Below the pieces are notes generated by a model, which did not search any database, had not been told where the DNA came from, and saw nothing but the letters and a program-made list of their open reading frames with translations. Both the position numbers and the translations under genes were made by a program. This document shows positions 1 to 8,609 of a DNA stretch of 32,000 nucleotides, in pieces (within the stretch, counting starts at the first letter, position 1; every line of letters begins with the position of its first letter). Origin of the DNA: Candidatus Atelocyanobacterium thalassa isolate ALOHA (GTDB lineage: Bacteria; Cyanobacteriota; Cyanobacteriia; Cyanobacteriales; Microcystaceae); NCBI RefSeq assembly GCF_000025125.1, contig NC_013771.1, forward strand, positions 150,001 to 182,000, given 5' to 3'.

Positions 1-737
1 CAGATTTTCATTACGATGGAATTTCTCTTTCTACTTCATTACTTATGAAAGCAATCCAACTAAGTAATGCAGAAAAACCAGATCTTATCTTGTTAACAGG
101 AGATTATATTACTAACTCAACTAATTCTGTTAATAAATTGGCTTCACAGCTAAATTTATTAACAAGCAAAAAAGGAGTTTATGCAGTTTTAGGAAACCAT
201 GATACTTTACATGAAAACGAGAAAAAATTCATAACACAAGCATTCAGTCATGTAGATATTAAAGTTCTTTGTAATGAAATTGCTTACCCTTTAGGAGAAT
301 ATTTACCAATAGTAGGATTAGCAGATTATTGGTCGCAAGAATTTAATCCTGAAGCTGTTATGCAAAAATTATCTCCATCACAGCCTCGATTAGTTCTATC
401 CCACAATCCTGATACAGCAAGTATTTTAAAAAAATGGCGTGTTGATTTACAGTTATCAGGGCATACTCATGGCGGACAGATTATCATTCCAGGTTTTGGA
501 CCATGTTTAATGTTATTTCAAAAAATACATAAAAGAATTCCTCGTAAGTTACAAAGATATTTTCCTTTAGCTAAATATAGCTTAAGTATTGTAAAAAATT
601 GGAAATGGGGTTTGGGATTGCATAGTATAGGTAAGAATAAACTATATGTAAATCGAGGGTTAGGAACATATTCACCAGGAAGATTTTTCTGTTCTCCAGA
701 ACTTACTATAATTACATTAATCAATAGTATTGATTAA
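1..737 (+). CDS. Metallophosphoesterase (calcineurin-like, YaeI-type), 5' end cut by the window edge
   Basis: Frame 3 is open from nt 3, and DFHYDGISLSTSLL precedes the listed Met at 45. This supplies the D-x-H motif, so the true start lies upstream of the window. The canonical order follows: LTGDY (GD motif), GNHD, SHNPD, GHTHGGQ. Confidence 0.85.
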   Translation, partial: DFHYDGISLSTSLLMKAIQLSNAEKPDLILLTGDYITNSTNSVNKLASQLNLLTSKKGVYAVLGNHDTLHENEKKFITQAFSHVDIKVLCNEIAYPLGEYLPIVGLADYWSQEFNPEAVMQKLSPSQPRLVLSHNPDTASILKKWRVDLQLSGHTHGGQIIIPGFGPCLMLFQKIHKRIPRKLQRYFPLAKYSLSIVKNWKWGLGLHSIGKNKLYVNRGLGTYSPGRFFCSPELTIITLINSID

Positions 738-803
738 TGTAATTATATTAAAAATCATATGTCTATATGGTAAGTTGTTATATTTAAAGTGCAATTATCT
801 TTA

Positions 804-3122
804 CTAGAAAATTTTAGTAACTGAATTTGTACTAGGATCAATGATTTTTCTTCCCAAATTTTTAAATTTAATAGCTAGATTCACTTTTTTTTCTGATCCT
901 AAAACATGTGTGACTTCACCCTCTCCAAAACTATAGTGTACTAAATGGTCACCAACTGCCCATTTAGTATTATTGTCCATAGAGTTGTTCTTTTTCCATG
1001 AAGATTTTTCAGGAATTATATTTGTATGGTTATCTATTAAATTTTGAGGAATTTCCTCCAAAAACTGTGAAACGATTTTAGTTTCTTTTGATCCCCATAC
1101 GGATCGTTCCCTAGCATAGGTTATAAATAACTTTTCTTGTGCACGAGTTATTCCTACATAGCATAAACGTCTTTCTTCTTCTAAAGACAGAGGATTATTA
1201 AGGCTACGAATATGTGGCAAAGTTCCTTGTTCCAAGCCTACTAAAAAAACAACAGGAAATTCTAACCCTTTTGCAGAATGTAATGTCATAAGAGATACTT
1301 TATTGTTTTCATTTTCTAAATTATCTAAATCAGAAGCAAGAGATGCATTAGTTAAATAGCCTTGTAAACTAGGATCATTATTTTCCTCTCGATATTGATT
1401 CATAGCATTATATAGTTCTTGAAGATTTTCTAATCTATTATCTGACTCTTCTGTTTCCTTTCTTTTTAAATCATCTATATATCCTGATTTCTGCATTACT
1501 TGATTAAAAATATCCGTAGATACTAACTCAGTTGATTTTTCTTGTAATTTTTTAATCATATGTACAAAATTAAGAACTGCTTTTGAAGATTTTCCTGTTA
1601 AAGTTTTCACAGAAGTCTCGTCAATAAGTATTTCCCATAAGGAAGTTTTTAGTTCTTGAGAGGCTTTTAATAACAAGTCAATAGTTGTTTTTCCAATACC
1701 ACGACGAGGAGAGTTGATAACTCTTAAAAGACTTACAGTATCATAGGGGTTAACAATTAAGCGTAAATATGCTACCGAATCTTTAATTTCTTGACGATCA
1801 TAAAATTTAAATCCTCCTACAATAGTATAAGGAATGCTTTTACGGACCAAAATATCTTCAAATGGTCTAGATTGAGAATTAACTCTATACAAAAAAGCAA
1901 TGTCTTTCCAACTTAATTCAGAATTTATACTTATTAGTTCCTGGATTTTACTAATGACAAACTCTGCTTCTATATGTTCGTCATCTGCTTTATAACAATA
2001 AATTTTTTCGCCTTTGCCTCTTGTTGCTTTAAGAGTTTTATCAATACGTTGACTATTCTTATATATGAGATTATTGGCTGCGACTAATATATTTTCTGTT
2101 GATCTATAATTATTTTCCAGTTTTATCATAGTTTTAGTGTCGTCATCTGGCAAACCATCTCCAAATTCAGCCTGAAAATTGAGCAAAATTGTAAAATCAG
2201 CCATCCGAAAACTATAAATAGATTGATCTGCATCTCCTACGACAAAAATGGACCGATTTTTCCAATTCCAGCTATTCTTATTTATTTTTCCATTTGTTGT
2301 TAATAATTGTATTAACGTATATTGAATTCTGTTTGTATCCTGATATTCGTCAACTAGAATGTGCTTAAACTGAGAATGCCAATAACCTAAAACAGACTTA
2401 TTATCTTGAAATAAGCATACTGGAATTAAAATTAAATCATCAAAATCTAGGGCATTATTTTCAGCAAGTTGAGTTTGATATTCGTCATAAATTTCTGCAA
2501 TAACGCGTCCTTTTGAGTAAGAGTGCTCTTTTAAATATTCTTCAGGAGACAAACCTAAATTTTTAGCACTACTTATAGCGTAGCGAATTGCTCTAGGATT
2601 AAAAGTTTTTTCATCTAAATTAAATTGTTTTAAGATTATATTTTTTAAAATATTTTGAACATCAGATTCATCAAAAATAGAAAAATTTCTATCCCACTTT
2701 CTTTTCTTACTATCTTGATATTTATTGATATCGTAACGCAGAATCCTTGCGCACAAACTATGAAAAGTACCTATCCATAATTGTTTTGTAGTTTTTTTAT
2801 AAATAAAGGAAAGTAGTTTTTTTTGATTAAATTCTGACAGAGAATCAAACGGTTGTTTATAATTTTTTGAAGAAATTTCTTGAGCAAGCAGCTTATCAAG
2901 TCGATCTTTCATTTCTTTTGCTGCTTTATTTGTAAACGTTACAGCAAGAATAGATTCAGGATTAACTTTATTGTAAATAATTAAGTTTGCGATCCTATAA
3001 GTAAGTGCACGTGTTTTACCTGATCCAGCTCCTGCAATAACTAGAAGAGGACCACAAAAATGTTCTACAGCACAACGTTGAGAATGATTTAATTTAGAAA
3101 GGAAATCGGCAGAAGTAGTCAT
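804..3122 (-). CDS. pcrA: ATP-dependent DNA helicase PcrA/UvrD family (SF1)
   Basis: 772 aa. It has Walker A GAGSGKT, TFTNKAAKEM, DEYQDTN (motif II), VGDADQSIY, NYRS, TLHSAKGLEF and YVGITRA. The C-terminal GDHLVHYSFGEGEV is a Tudor-like tail typical of housekeeping PcrA/UvrD. Confidence 0.92.
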   Translation of the reverse strand: MTTSADFLSKLNHSQRCAVEHFCGPLLVIAGAGSGKTRALTYRIANLIIYNKVNPESILAVTFTNKAAKEMKDRLDKLLAQEISSKNYKQPFDSLSEFNQKKLLSFIYKKTTKQLWIGTFHSLCARILRYDINKYQDSKKRKWDRNFSIFDESDVQNILKNIILKQFNLDEKTFNPRAIRYAISSAKNLGLSPEEYLKEHSYSKGRVIAEIYDEYQTQLAENNALDFDDLILIPVCLFQDNKSVLGYWHSQFKHILVDEYQDTNRIQYTLIQLLTTNGKINKNSWNWKNRSIFVVGDADQSIYSFRMADFTILLNFQAEFGDGLPDDDTKTMIKLENNYRSTENILVAANNLIYKNSQRIDKTLKATRGKGEKIYCYKADDEHIEAEFVISKIQELISINSELSWKDIAFLYRVNSQSRPFEDILVRKSIPYTIVGGFKFYDRQEIKDSVAYLRLIVNPYDTVSLLRVINSPRRGIGKTTIDLLLKASQELKTSLWEILIDETSVKTLTGKSSKAVLNFVHMIKKLQEKSTELVSTDIFNQVMQKSGYIDDLKRKETEESDNRLENLQELYNAMNQYREENNDPSLQGYLTNASLASDLDNLENENNKVSLMTLHSAKGLEFPVVFLVGLEQGTLPHIRSLNNPLSLEEERRLCYVGITRAQEKLFITYARERSVWGSKETKIVSQFLEEIPQNLIDNHTNIIPEKSSWKKNNSMDNNTKWAVGDHLVHYSFGEGEVTHVLGSEKKVNLAIKFKNLGRKIIDPSTNSVTKIF

Positions 3123-3292
3123 AAAGATTTAAAAATCAAATGCTATTGTCTGATTTTTTAATTGTAGCTTTAGCAATCTAATTTGTTAATAATTTAGACT
3201 AAAATAATTACAGATGCTCAGCCTAACACATTAAGTAAAAGAAAAGTTTTTGTTTACACTAAGATTCATAAATCAAAATGTAAATTTTCCCC

Positions 3293-3298
3293 TACAAT
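3293..3298 (+). promoter_or_regulatory. Candidate -10 element (TACAAT) for the Yfr1 sRNA
   Basis: TACAAT lies about 7-8 nt upstream of the first stem of the sRNA. No clear -35 was identified. Confidence 0.4.
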
Positions 3299-3304
3299 AG
3301 AAGA

Positions 3305-3372
3305 AGCGGAAACAATTGTTTCCGTTCACTCCTCACACCACACTCCGTCCGGCAATGTTCGGACGGTTTCTT
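3305..3372 (+). ncRNA. yfr1: Yfr1-family cyanobacterial small regulatory RNA (ends approximate, +/- 5 nt)
   Basis: Stem-loop 1 is CGGAAAC-AATT-GTTTCCG (3307-3324). The exact 11-nt motif ACTCCTCACAC is single-stranded at 3328-3338. Stem-loop 2 is CCGTCCG-GCAATGTT-CGGACGG (3345-3366), followed by TTTCTT. This architecture and its position just upstream of trxA match the described Yfr1 family. Confidence 0.8.
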
Positions 3373-3423
3373 ATTAAATAATAATCTATAAAATTTAAGT
3401 AAATCTAAAGAGAGTTTTTGATG

Positions 3424-3432
3424 TGGTAGAAT
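3424..3432 (+). promoter_or_regulatory. Candidate extended -10 promoter (TGgTAGAAT) for trxA
   Basis: The TGn+TAGAAT motif lies about 50 nt upstream of the trxA ATG. An AAGGA Shine-Dalgarno-like motif sits about 10 nt before the ATG. Confidence 0.35.
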
Positions 3433-3482
3433 AAAACCCTAGAGTATTCTAGAGAAATATGAGCAATTAAAGGAATTCTTAT

Positions 3483-3806
3483 ATGTCAGCTACAGCGCAA
3501 GTTACAGATAGTAGTTTCAAAACAGATGTCTTAGAGAGTGAAGTCCCTGTTTTGGTTGATTTTTGGGCACCTTGGTGTGGTCCTTGTCGTATGGTAGCTC
3601 CAGTCGTAGACGAAATAGCAGAACAATACGCGGGACAAATAAAAGTAGTTAAGCTTAACACTGATGAAAATCCCAATACAGCTAGTCAATATGGAATCCG
3701 CAGTATTCCTACTCTTATGATTTTTAAAGGAGGTCAAAGAGTTGATATGGTTGTAGGTGCTGTTCCTAAAACAACTTTAGCCTCTACTCTCGAAAAATAT
3801 CTTTAA
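3483..3806 (+). CDS. trxA: Thioredoxin (m-type)
   Basis: 107 aa with the WCGPC active site in [18 protein letters not shown]. Full-length resemblance to cyanobacterial TrxA, including [19 protein letters not shown]. Confidence 0.97.
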   Translation: MSATAQVTDSSFKTDVLESEVPVLVDFWAPWCGPCRMVAPVVDEIAEQYAGQIKVVKLNTDENPNTASQYGIRSIPTLMIFKGGQRVDMVVGAVPKTTLASTLEKYL

Positions 3807-3834
3807 TTTTTATTAAAAAGTTAAAACTATATCT

Positions 3835-3868
3835 AAGAGGTAAGTTCTTGAAAACTTACCTCTTTTTT
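3835..3868 (+). terminator. Rho-independent terminator of trxA
   Basis: An 11-12 bp perfect stem AGAGGTAAGTT / AACTTACCTCT with the 6-nt loop CTTGAA, followed directly by TTTTT(T). Confidence 0.85.
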
Positions 3869-3975
3869 AATAAATTCAATCAAACATATTTATTATTGAA
3901 TGATTAATGTAGTGTTGCTAAAATTAAAACTTTAGCGATTTCTCTAAGATAGTAAAATTATATATGTTACTACTT

Positions 3976-5244
3976 TTATTTTATAAAACTAGCAGTTACT
4001 TTCCCTTTTATTTTATGTCCTAACCAAAAAGTGTTATGACTTAGAGAGGAAAGGTTAGATAGAGAAATTTCCCAAGATTTATTAGGATCAAAAATAATAA
4101 ATTCTAAAGGAGAACCTTCTTTGATGGAAGTTAAAGGCTCTCCTAAATATTTACGGGGTTCACTGCTTAGTGCCTTCCATAACTGGACTGCTGATAATTT
4201 TTTAGTTGCTACTAATTCTTGCCAAAGTAAGGGTAATGCTAATTCTAATCCTATAGTTCCTGGAGGAGCTTCCGCAAAAGGTACTGTTTTTTCTTCATAA
4301 GTATAGGCATGGTGATCAACGGCTATCATGTCAATCACACCTTCTGAAATTCCATTAATTAATGCAGTTCGATCTTCTGGATTCCCTAAAGGAGGGTTCA
4401 ATCTTAGATTAGGATCATAACTAGCAATTGCTTCTGAGTCTAACAACATATGCATCCAAGTTGTACTTGCAGTAACTGGAATACCTCTTGATTTTCCCCA
4501 TGCAATTAGTTCAATCGAGCGATGAGTAGAGATTCTCATTAAATGGACAGGGGTTTGAGTCACAGCTACTACTTCTAGTATTGATGCAACTGCTGTTGAT
4601 TCTGCTATAGAAGGGTTTACATTAAGACCATAATTAATTGAAGAAGAACCCTCCCTAATTACTCCGTTACCTTTTAAAGAAAAACAATCTGGAACTAGAG
4701 CAATAGGTTTCTCAAGAGGTTTAAGATATTCCAACAATCGCCACAACATACCTAAACTTTCTATTTGCTGATTATCTGTAAATCCTAGTACCCCATTTAT
4801 TGCTAACTCTCTTAACTCTGTCATTTGTTCACCTTTCCCATCTTTTGTAAGATTTCCCCAAAAATTTAGTTTTACAGGTAAAACTTCTTTTGCTCGTTGT
4901 TGTAAATAGGTAAGAGAAGTTAAAGTATCAACTGGTGGAATAGTTTGAGGAAGTATACCAACACGAGTAAACCCTCCTGCAATGGCGGAAGCTGCTAAAT
5001 TTTCTAATGTTTCTCTGGATTCATGACCAGGCTCTTGACTATAACTATATAGATCTACTAATCCTGGAGCAAAAATAAGATCTTTACCGTTAATAATTTC
5101 TGTATTTGAGGAAATCTTATCTATATGAAAATCTATTTTAAGAATTTTTTCCTTATCTAATAAAATGTCGCGAATAGAATGAGTATTAGTTACAGGATCT
5201 AAAACTTGAATTTGCTTCAGTAAGGTTAAGGAATCAGTTGTCAT
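3976..5244 (-). CDS. Dihydroorotase-like amidohydrolase, probably non-catalytic (PyrC'-type)
   Basis: 422 aa, collinear with type I dihydroorotases: PGLVDL..., EPG, GGFT, GFTD, NPPLGNPEDRTALINGI, DHHAYTYEEK. The expected metal-ligand histidines are replaced: DLYSYS for D-x-H-x-H, ALVPDC for AHCED, VHLMRIST for H-x-C-H-x-S-T. Confidence 0.8.
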   Translation of the reverse strand: MTTDSLTLLKQIQVLDPVTNTHSIRDILLDKEKILKIDFHIDKISSNTEIINGKDLIFAPGLVDLYSYSQEPGHESRETLENLAASAIAGGFTRVGILPQTIPPVDTLTSLTYLQQRAKEVLPVKLNFWGNLTKDGKGEQMTELRELAINGVLGFTDNQQIESLGMLWRLLEYLKPLEKPIALVPDCFSLKGNGVIREGSSSINYGLNVNPSIAESTAVASILEVVAVTQTPVHLMRISTHRSIELIAWGKSRGIPVTASTTWMHMLLDSEAIASYDPNLRLNPPLGNPEDRTALINGISEGVIDMIAVDHHAYTYEEKTVPFAEAPPGTIGLELALPLLWQELVATKKLSAVQLWKALSSEPRKYLGEPLTSIKEGSPLEFIIFDPNKSWEISLSNLSSLSHNTFWLGHKIKGKVTASFIK

Positions 5245-5613
5245 ATTAAAATCGAAGTAGGCGTTTCGATTAGATTATAAATATTTAGCAATAACATATT
5301 TATTTTTCAGTTAATTTTCAGTTATTTACTACTTCAACAATTATCACATAACGAGTTAAGTTTCTTATATTTTACTCATTAGTCTTTTACATAAGAATTT
5401 TATTTTTCAGATTAATTCATATTTCTAGTAATTAGCTTGATTTTTAATAAAAAAAACTTACGATCATTACTAACCCTCAGAAATATTTTAATTAGTATTA
5501 TCCTATTATTAGATCCACCTAAGGTATAAAAATCTATAAAATGAGGTCATTATTAAAAATGATTTTGCCAATTTTTTATGTAATAAGTATTAGAAAATTC
5601 TTATACCTTTCAA

Positions 5614-7011
5614 TTATTTAAAAGTACCAATAGTATCTTTAAAAATAATAACTTGTTCATCAGCATAACCAGCAAAGTTTCTATTTATAATAAGTTTAAT
5701 TTTCACGCCTAAACCAGATTGTAAGTATTTTGAATCAATAGGCAATTCTCCAACATTAATTGTGAATTTACTACCATTTAAAGTAACTAAATTACTTGGA
5801 ATCTCTCCTCTATATTTTGTACTATAATCAGAAACCGGTTTTAACCATGGATCTGAATAAGTAACACTATAAATAATGTTGAATTTAGTTGAAACTAGAG
5901 AAGATTTATCTGCTTTATCAACTAATATTAATTGTAATTTTTTTTCTTTCCCAGAAATTTCCTGAACCTTTAAGCGGGTTGCATCACTTTTTTTTATAGA
6001 GTTATGAACTATAAATTGTGTAATCTTTTTATGCTGTTGTGTAGTCGCTTCTATCCAAATATCATCAGGAATATTAATTACAATACCTTTGTTATTGATA
6101 TATTGTAGAGTTACTTGCTGATGGGCAAAATTACTAAAAGATTGGGGAGCATTCCAAATTAATAAAAAAGAATGTTCTAATCTTTCTACCAAAGCTAAAT
6201 ATTGATCATTAATTATAGAAGCAGGAGCGAATAAGGCGGCTGCATTTTTTTTAGTTTCCCAAATATTCTTTGATAAAAGATAACCTTTATTTTTTAAAGT
6301 GGCCATACTTACTGTTACCGCAGACTTATCAGGTTCAAGGGGCTTGTCAAGGTTAATCAAAGTTAAATGTCCTCTTCGACCATCTTTTCCCAAAGTTCCA
6401 CTAACACCATTCAAACCATTATTACCATCTTGACATTTAAACTTTAAAGTTGTGCAGCTATAACCAGAAGTACCTGGTTCATTATCACAACTTTCCAGTG
6501 CCCAATAATAGTTATTACATTTACATCCTTCTGCTCCAATTCCTCCTTGCCCTGGTTGTCCTCCTTGACCTCCTCCTGCATTAACAAAGATTTTACTTAA
6601 GTTTTTGATATTACTTGTATATAAAGTTAAATTTCCGCCATTTCCACCATTTCCGCCATTTCCACCACTTCCACCATTTCCACCATTGGAAGCCTTTAAG
6701 TGATATTGAACATTTAAAGGCTGATTTATACATTTTGGATCGTTACCATGTCCCCCATTTTCTCCTACTTGTCCGCTTTCTCCTGCTAAGTCAAGATTTA
6801 GGGGAGAATCATCAATAAAGATGGTTAAATCTTCGCTATTATTACCATCTTTCCCTGAAGTACCATTATGAGTCTCAATACCATTTTCGCCAAATGTTCT
6901 AATCTCAGTAGCAATTGCAGATCTTATATAAAATTTAGATGTTATGAGTGATGACGAAAGATTAAAAAATTGGAAAAAAAACAGAAAGGAAATAAATTTA
7001 ATTAATTGCAT
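5614..7011 (-). CDS. Secreted glycine-rich (Gly-X-X repeat) cysteine-containing protein with a beta-rich C-terminal domain; function unknown
   Basis: 465 aa with a hydrophobic N-terminal signal-like segment (MQLIKFISFLFFFQFF...AIA). There are five blocks of G-x-x triplets, including (GGN/GGS)6, and 6 Cys clustered in aa ~90-195. The last ~250 aa have no recognisable motif. Confidence 0.7.
   Translation of the reverse strand: MQLIKFISFLFFFQFFNLSSSLITSKFYIRSAIATEIRTFGENGIETHNGTSGKDGNNSEDLTIFIDDSPLNLDLAGESGQVGENGGHGNDPKCINQPLNVQYHLKASNGGNGGSGGNGGNGGNGGNLTLYTSNIKNLSKIFVNAGGGQGGQPGQGGIGAEGCKCNNYYWALESCDNEPGTSGYSCTTLKFKCQDGNNGLNGVSGTLGKDGRRGHLTLINLDKPLEPDKSAVTVSMATLKNKGYLLSKNIWETKKNAAALFAPASIINDQYLALVERLEHSFLLIWNAPQSFSNFAHQQVTLQYINNKGIVINIPDDIWIEATTQQHKKITQFIVHNSIKKSDATRLKVQEISGKEKKLQLILVDKADKSSLVSTKFNIIYSVTYSDPWLKPVSDYSTKYRGEIPSNLVTLNGSKFTINVGELPIDSKYLQSGLGVKIKLIINRNFAGYADEQVIIFKDTIGTFK
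6632..6685 (-). repeat. 9-bp tandem repeat x6 (TTTCCRCCA on +) encoding (GGN/GGS)6
   Basis: Read directly from the sequence: tttccgcca tttccacca tttccgcca tttccacca cttccacca tttccacca. Confidence 0.95.
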
Positions 7012-7218
7012 TTATTCGTTAGAGGATTAACGACATTCAAATTATAAAAGACTATAATTGTAAATTTTTGTTTCTTACTATTACTGATAAAACTAATAGT
7101 AAAGTTGAACTTATGATTATAGATGAAGATTAACAACTTTAAGATTCAATATTTAAATTTTAAAAATTATTTATGCTCTATAAATTCCTCACTTAATCAC
7201 TTCTTATCTTAATAAATG

Positions 7219-8400
7219 TTACTTAAGTGTATCAATAAATTCTTCTATTCTATTCATTCCTTTTTCAATAGACATTAGGTCAGTGGCATAAGAAATACGG
7301 ATACAATTATCGTTACCGAATACTTGTCCCGGAATAACAGCAACTTGGTATTTTTCCAATAAATCATCTGAAAACTGTATAGAACTTTTACTTATTTGAC
7401 TAATATCAATGAATACATAAAATGCTCCCATTGGGATGGGACAACTTATTTTTGGAATGGCTGCAATTCTTTCAAGAATACTATTACGACGATCTGTAAA
7501 GGCATTTAACATTTCTTGAACACACTTCGAAGATTCCTCTTCTTCTAAAGCAGCAATAGCTCCATACTGAGCAAAAGTACAAACATTAGAGGTACTATGA
7601 CTTTGAATAGTACTTACAGTTTTAATTAAGTCATTTGGACCTGCTAAATAACCAAGACGCCATCCTGTCATAGCATAACTTTTAGAAAATCCATTACTAA
7701 TAATTGTTTTTTTAAAGATATCTTCACCTACTGCGCCAATACTAGTATGTTCTGCTTTAGAATAAAGAATCTTTTCATAAATTTCGTCAGAAACAACCCA
7801 TATATCATTGTCTACGATTATTTGTGCCAATTCCTTAATTTCCTGATATGTATAAACTGCACCAGTAGGATTAGACGGAGAATTTAGAATAAACAATTTT
7901 GTTTTTAAAGTAATGGCCTTTAATAATTGCTTAGGTGTAATTTTATAATTTGTTTCTGCTTGAGTCTCTACAATAACAGGTGTACCTTGAGCTAATCTCA
8001 CCATCTCGGGGTAACTAAGCCAATAAGGAGCAGGAATAATCACTTCGTCTCCACTCTCTATTAAGGCTAACATTAGACTAAATAATGAATGTTTCCCTCC
8101 ATTCGTCACAATAATGTTGTCGGGAGTATAGTCTAATTTGTTATCTTTCTTTAATTTATTTACTATAGCCTCTTTCAACGCTAATTCACCTGATACCGGA
8201 CCATATTTAGTTTTACCTTTCTGTAAAGCTAATACTGCTGAGTTTTTAATATGTTGAGGTGTATCAAAGTCTGGTTCCCCCGAACTAAGACTACAAACGT
8301 CTATACCTTGCATCTTCATCTGTTTAGCTTTAGCAGCAATATCAAGGGTGATCGAGGGAGTAATTTTCTTCACTCTTGCCGCTAGTTGATTCATATTCAC
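7219..8400 (-). CDS. Aspartate/aromatic aminotransferase, class I PLP-dependent
   Basis: 393 aa with SNPTGAVY, the PLP-lysine motif [13 protein letters not shown] and IRISYA near the C-terminus. Typical AspAT subgroup Ib layout. Confidence 0.9.
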   Translation of the reverse strand: MNMNQLAARVKKITPSITLDIAAKAKQMKMQGIDVCSLSSGEPDFDTPQHIKNSAVLALQKGKTKYGPVSGELALKEAIVNKLKKDNKLDYTPDNIIVTNGGKHSLFSLMLALIESGDEVIIPAPYWLSYPEMVRLAQGTPVIVETQAETNYKITPKQLLKAITLKTKLFILNSPSNPTGAVYTYQEIKELAQIIVDNDIWVVSDEIYEKILYSKAEHTSIGAVGEDIFKKTIISNGFSKSYAMTGWRLGYLAGPNDLIKTVSTIQSHSTSNVCTFAQYGAIAALEEEESSKCVQEMLNAFTDRRNSILERIAAIPKISCPIPMGAFYVFIDISQISKSSIQFSDDLLEKYQVAVIPGQVFGNDNCIRISYATDLMSIEKGMNRIEEFIDTLK

Positions 8401-8609
8401 TCTTCCAAAACTAATACACTACCATTAATTACTCTACAACATTTTCTACAATACACTTTCAACAATATTTTGTTTCTTAATTGTAATAAAATCTCTTTAT
8501 CATAATTAAGAAAACATTAGTTAATTAATATTATTAACTTGCATAGCGCTACACTATAGTATCAATTAATAAAACTCAAAATTATTAATTTGTTAGTTAT
8601 ATTATTTTT

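Noticed and set aside
518-724. Antisense or overlapping short ORFs from the track (518-724, 3479-3676, 3531-3737, 11262-11531, 11802-11990, 19275-19541, 20359-20703, 21151-21339, 24236-24439, 25273-25638, 27260-27466, 27899-28099, 28571-28831, 28838-29029, 28980-29162, 29817-30176)
   Set aside because: Each lies wholly or largely within a strongly supported conserved gene, on the opposite strand or in another frame. Their compositions are odd and they carry no motifs. Such ORFs are expected by chance in AT-rich DNA opposite real genes.
1-3122. Metallophosphoesterase plus UvrD-family helicase as a possible Gabija/Nhi-like defence pair
   Set aside because: The genes are convergent, not co-transcribed. 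The helicase has the full housekeeping PcrA motif set and the Tudor-like C-terminus. The phosphoesterase is an ordinary YaeI-type enzyme, and no OLD/ATPase nuclease partner is present.
5302-5418. Two copies of ATTTTTCAG(T/A)TTAATT about 100 bp apart in the 5245-5613 spacer
   Set aside because: The match is short (15-16 nt), imperfect and made of low-complexity A/T sequence. There are no flanking inverted repeats or target duplications to suggest a MITE.
5541-5621. 26-codon hydrophobic ORF (MRSLLKMILPIFYVISIRKFLYLSII) resembling a small membrane peptide
   Set aside because: It overlaps the 3' end of the convergent 5614-7011 gene, has no recognisable family and has AT-driven composition (Ile/Leu/Phe/Tyr/Lys). 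Such ORFs arise readily by chance.
6615-6818. 67-aa ORF with HHF/RHF repeats on the + strand
   Set aside because: It is the antisense mirror image of the (GGN)n-encoding microsatellite in the 5614-7011 gene. It is low-complexity and lies fully inside a better-supported CDS.
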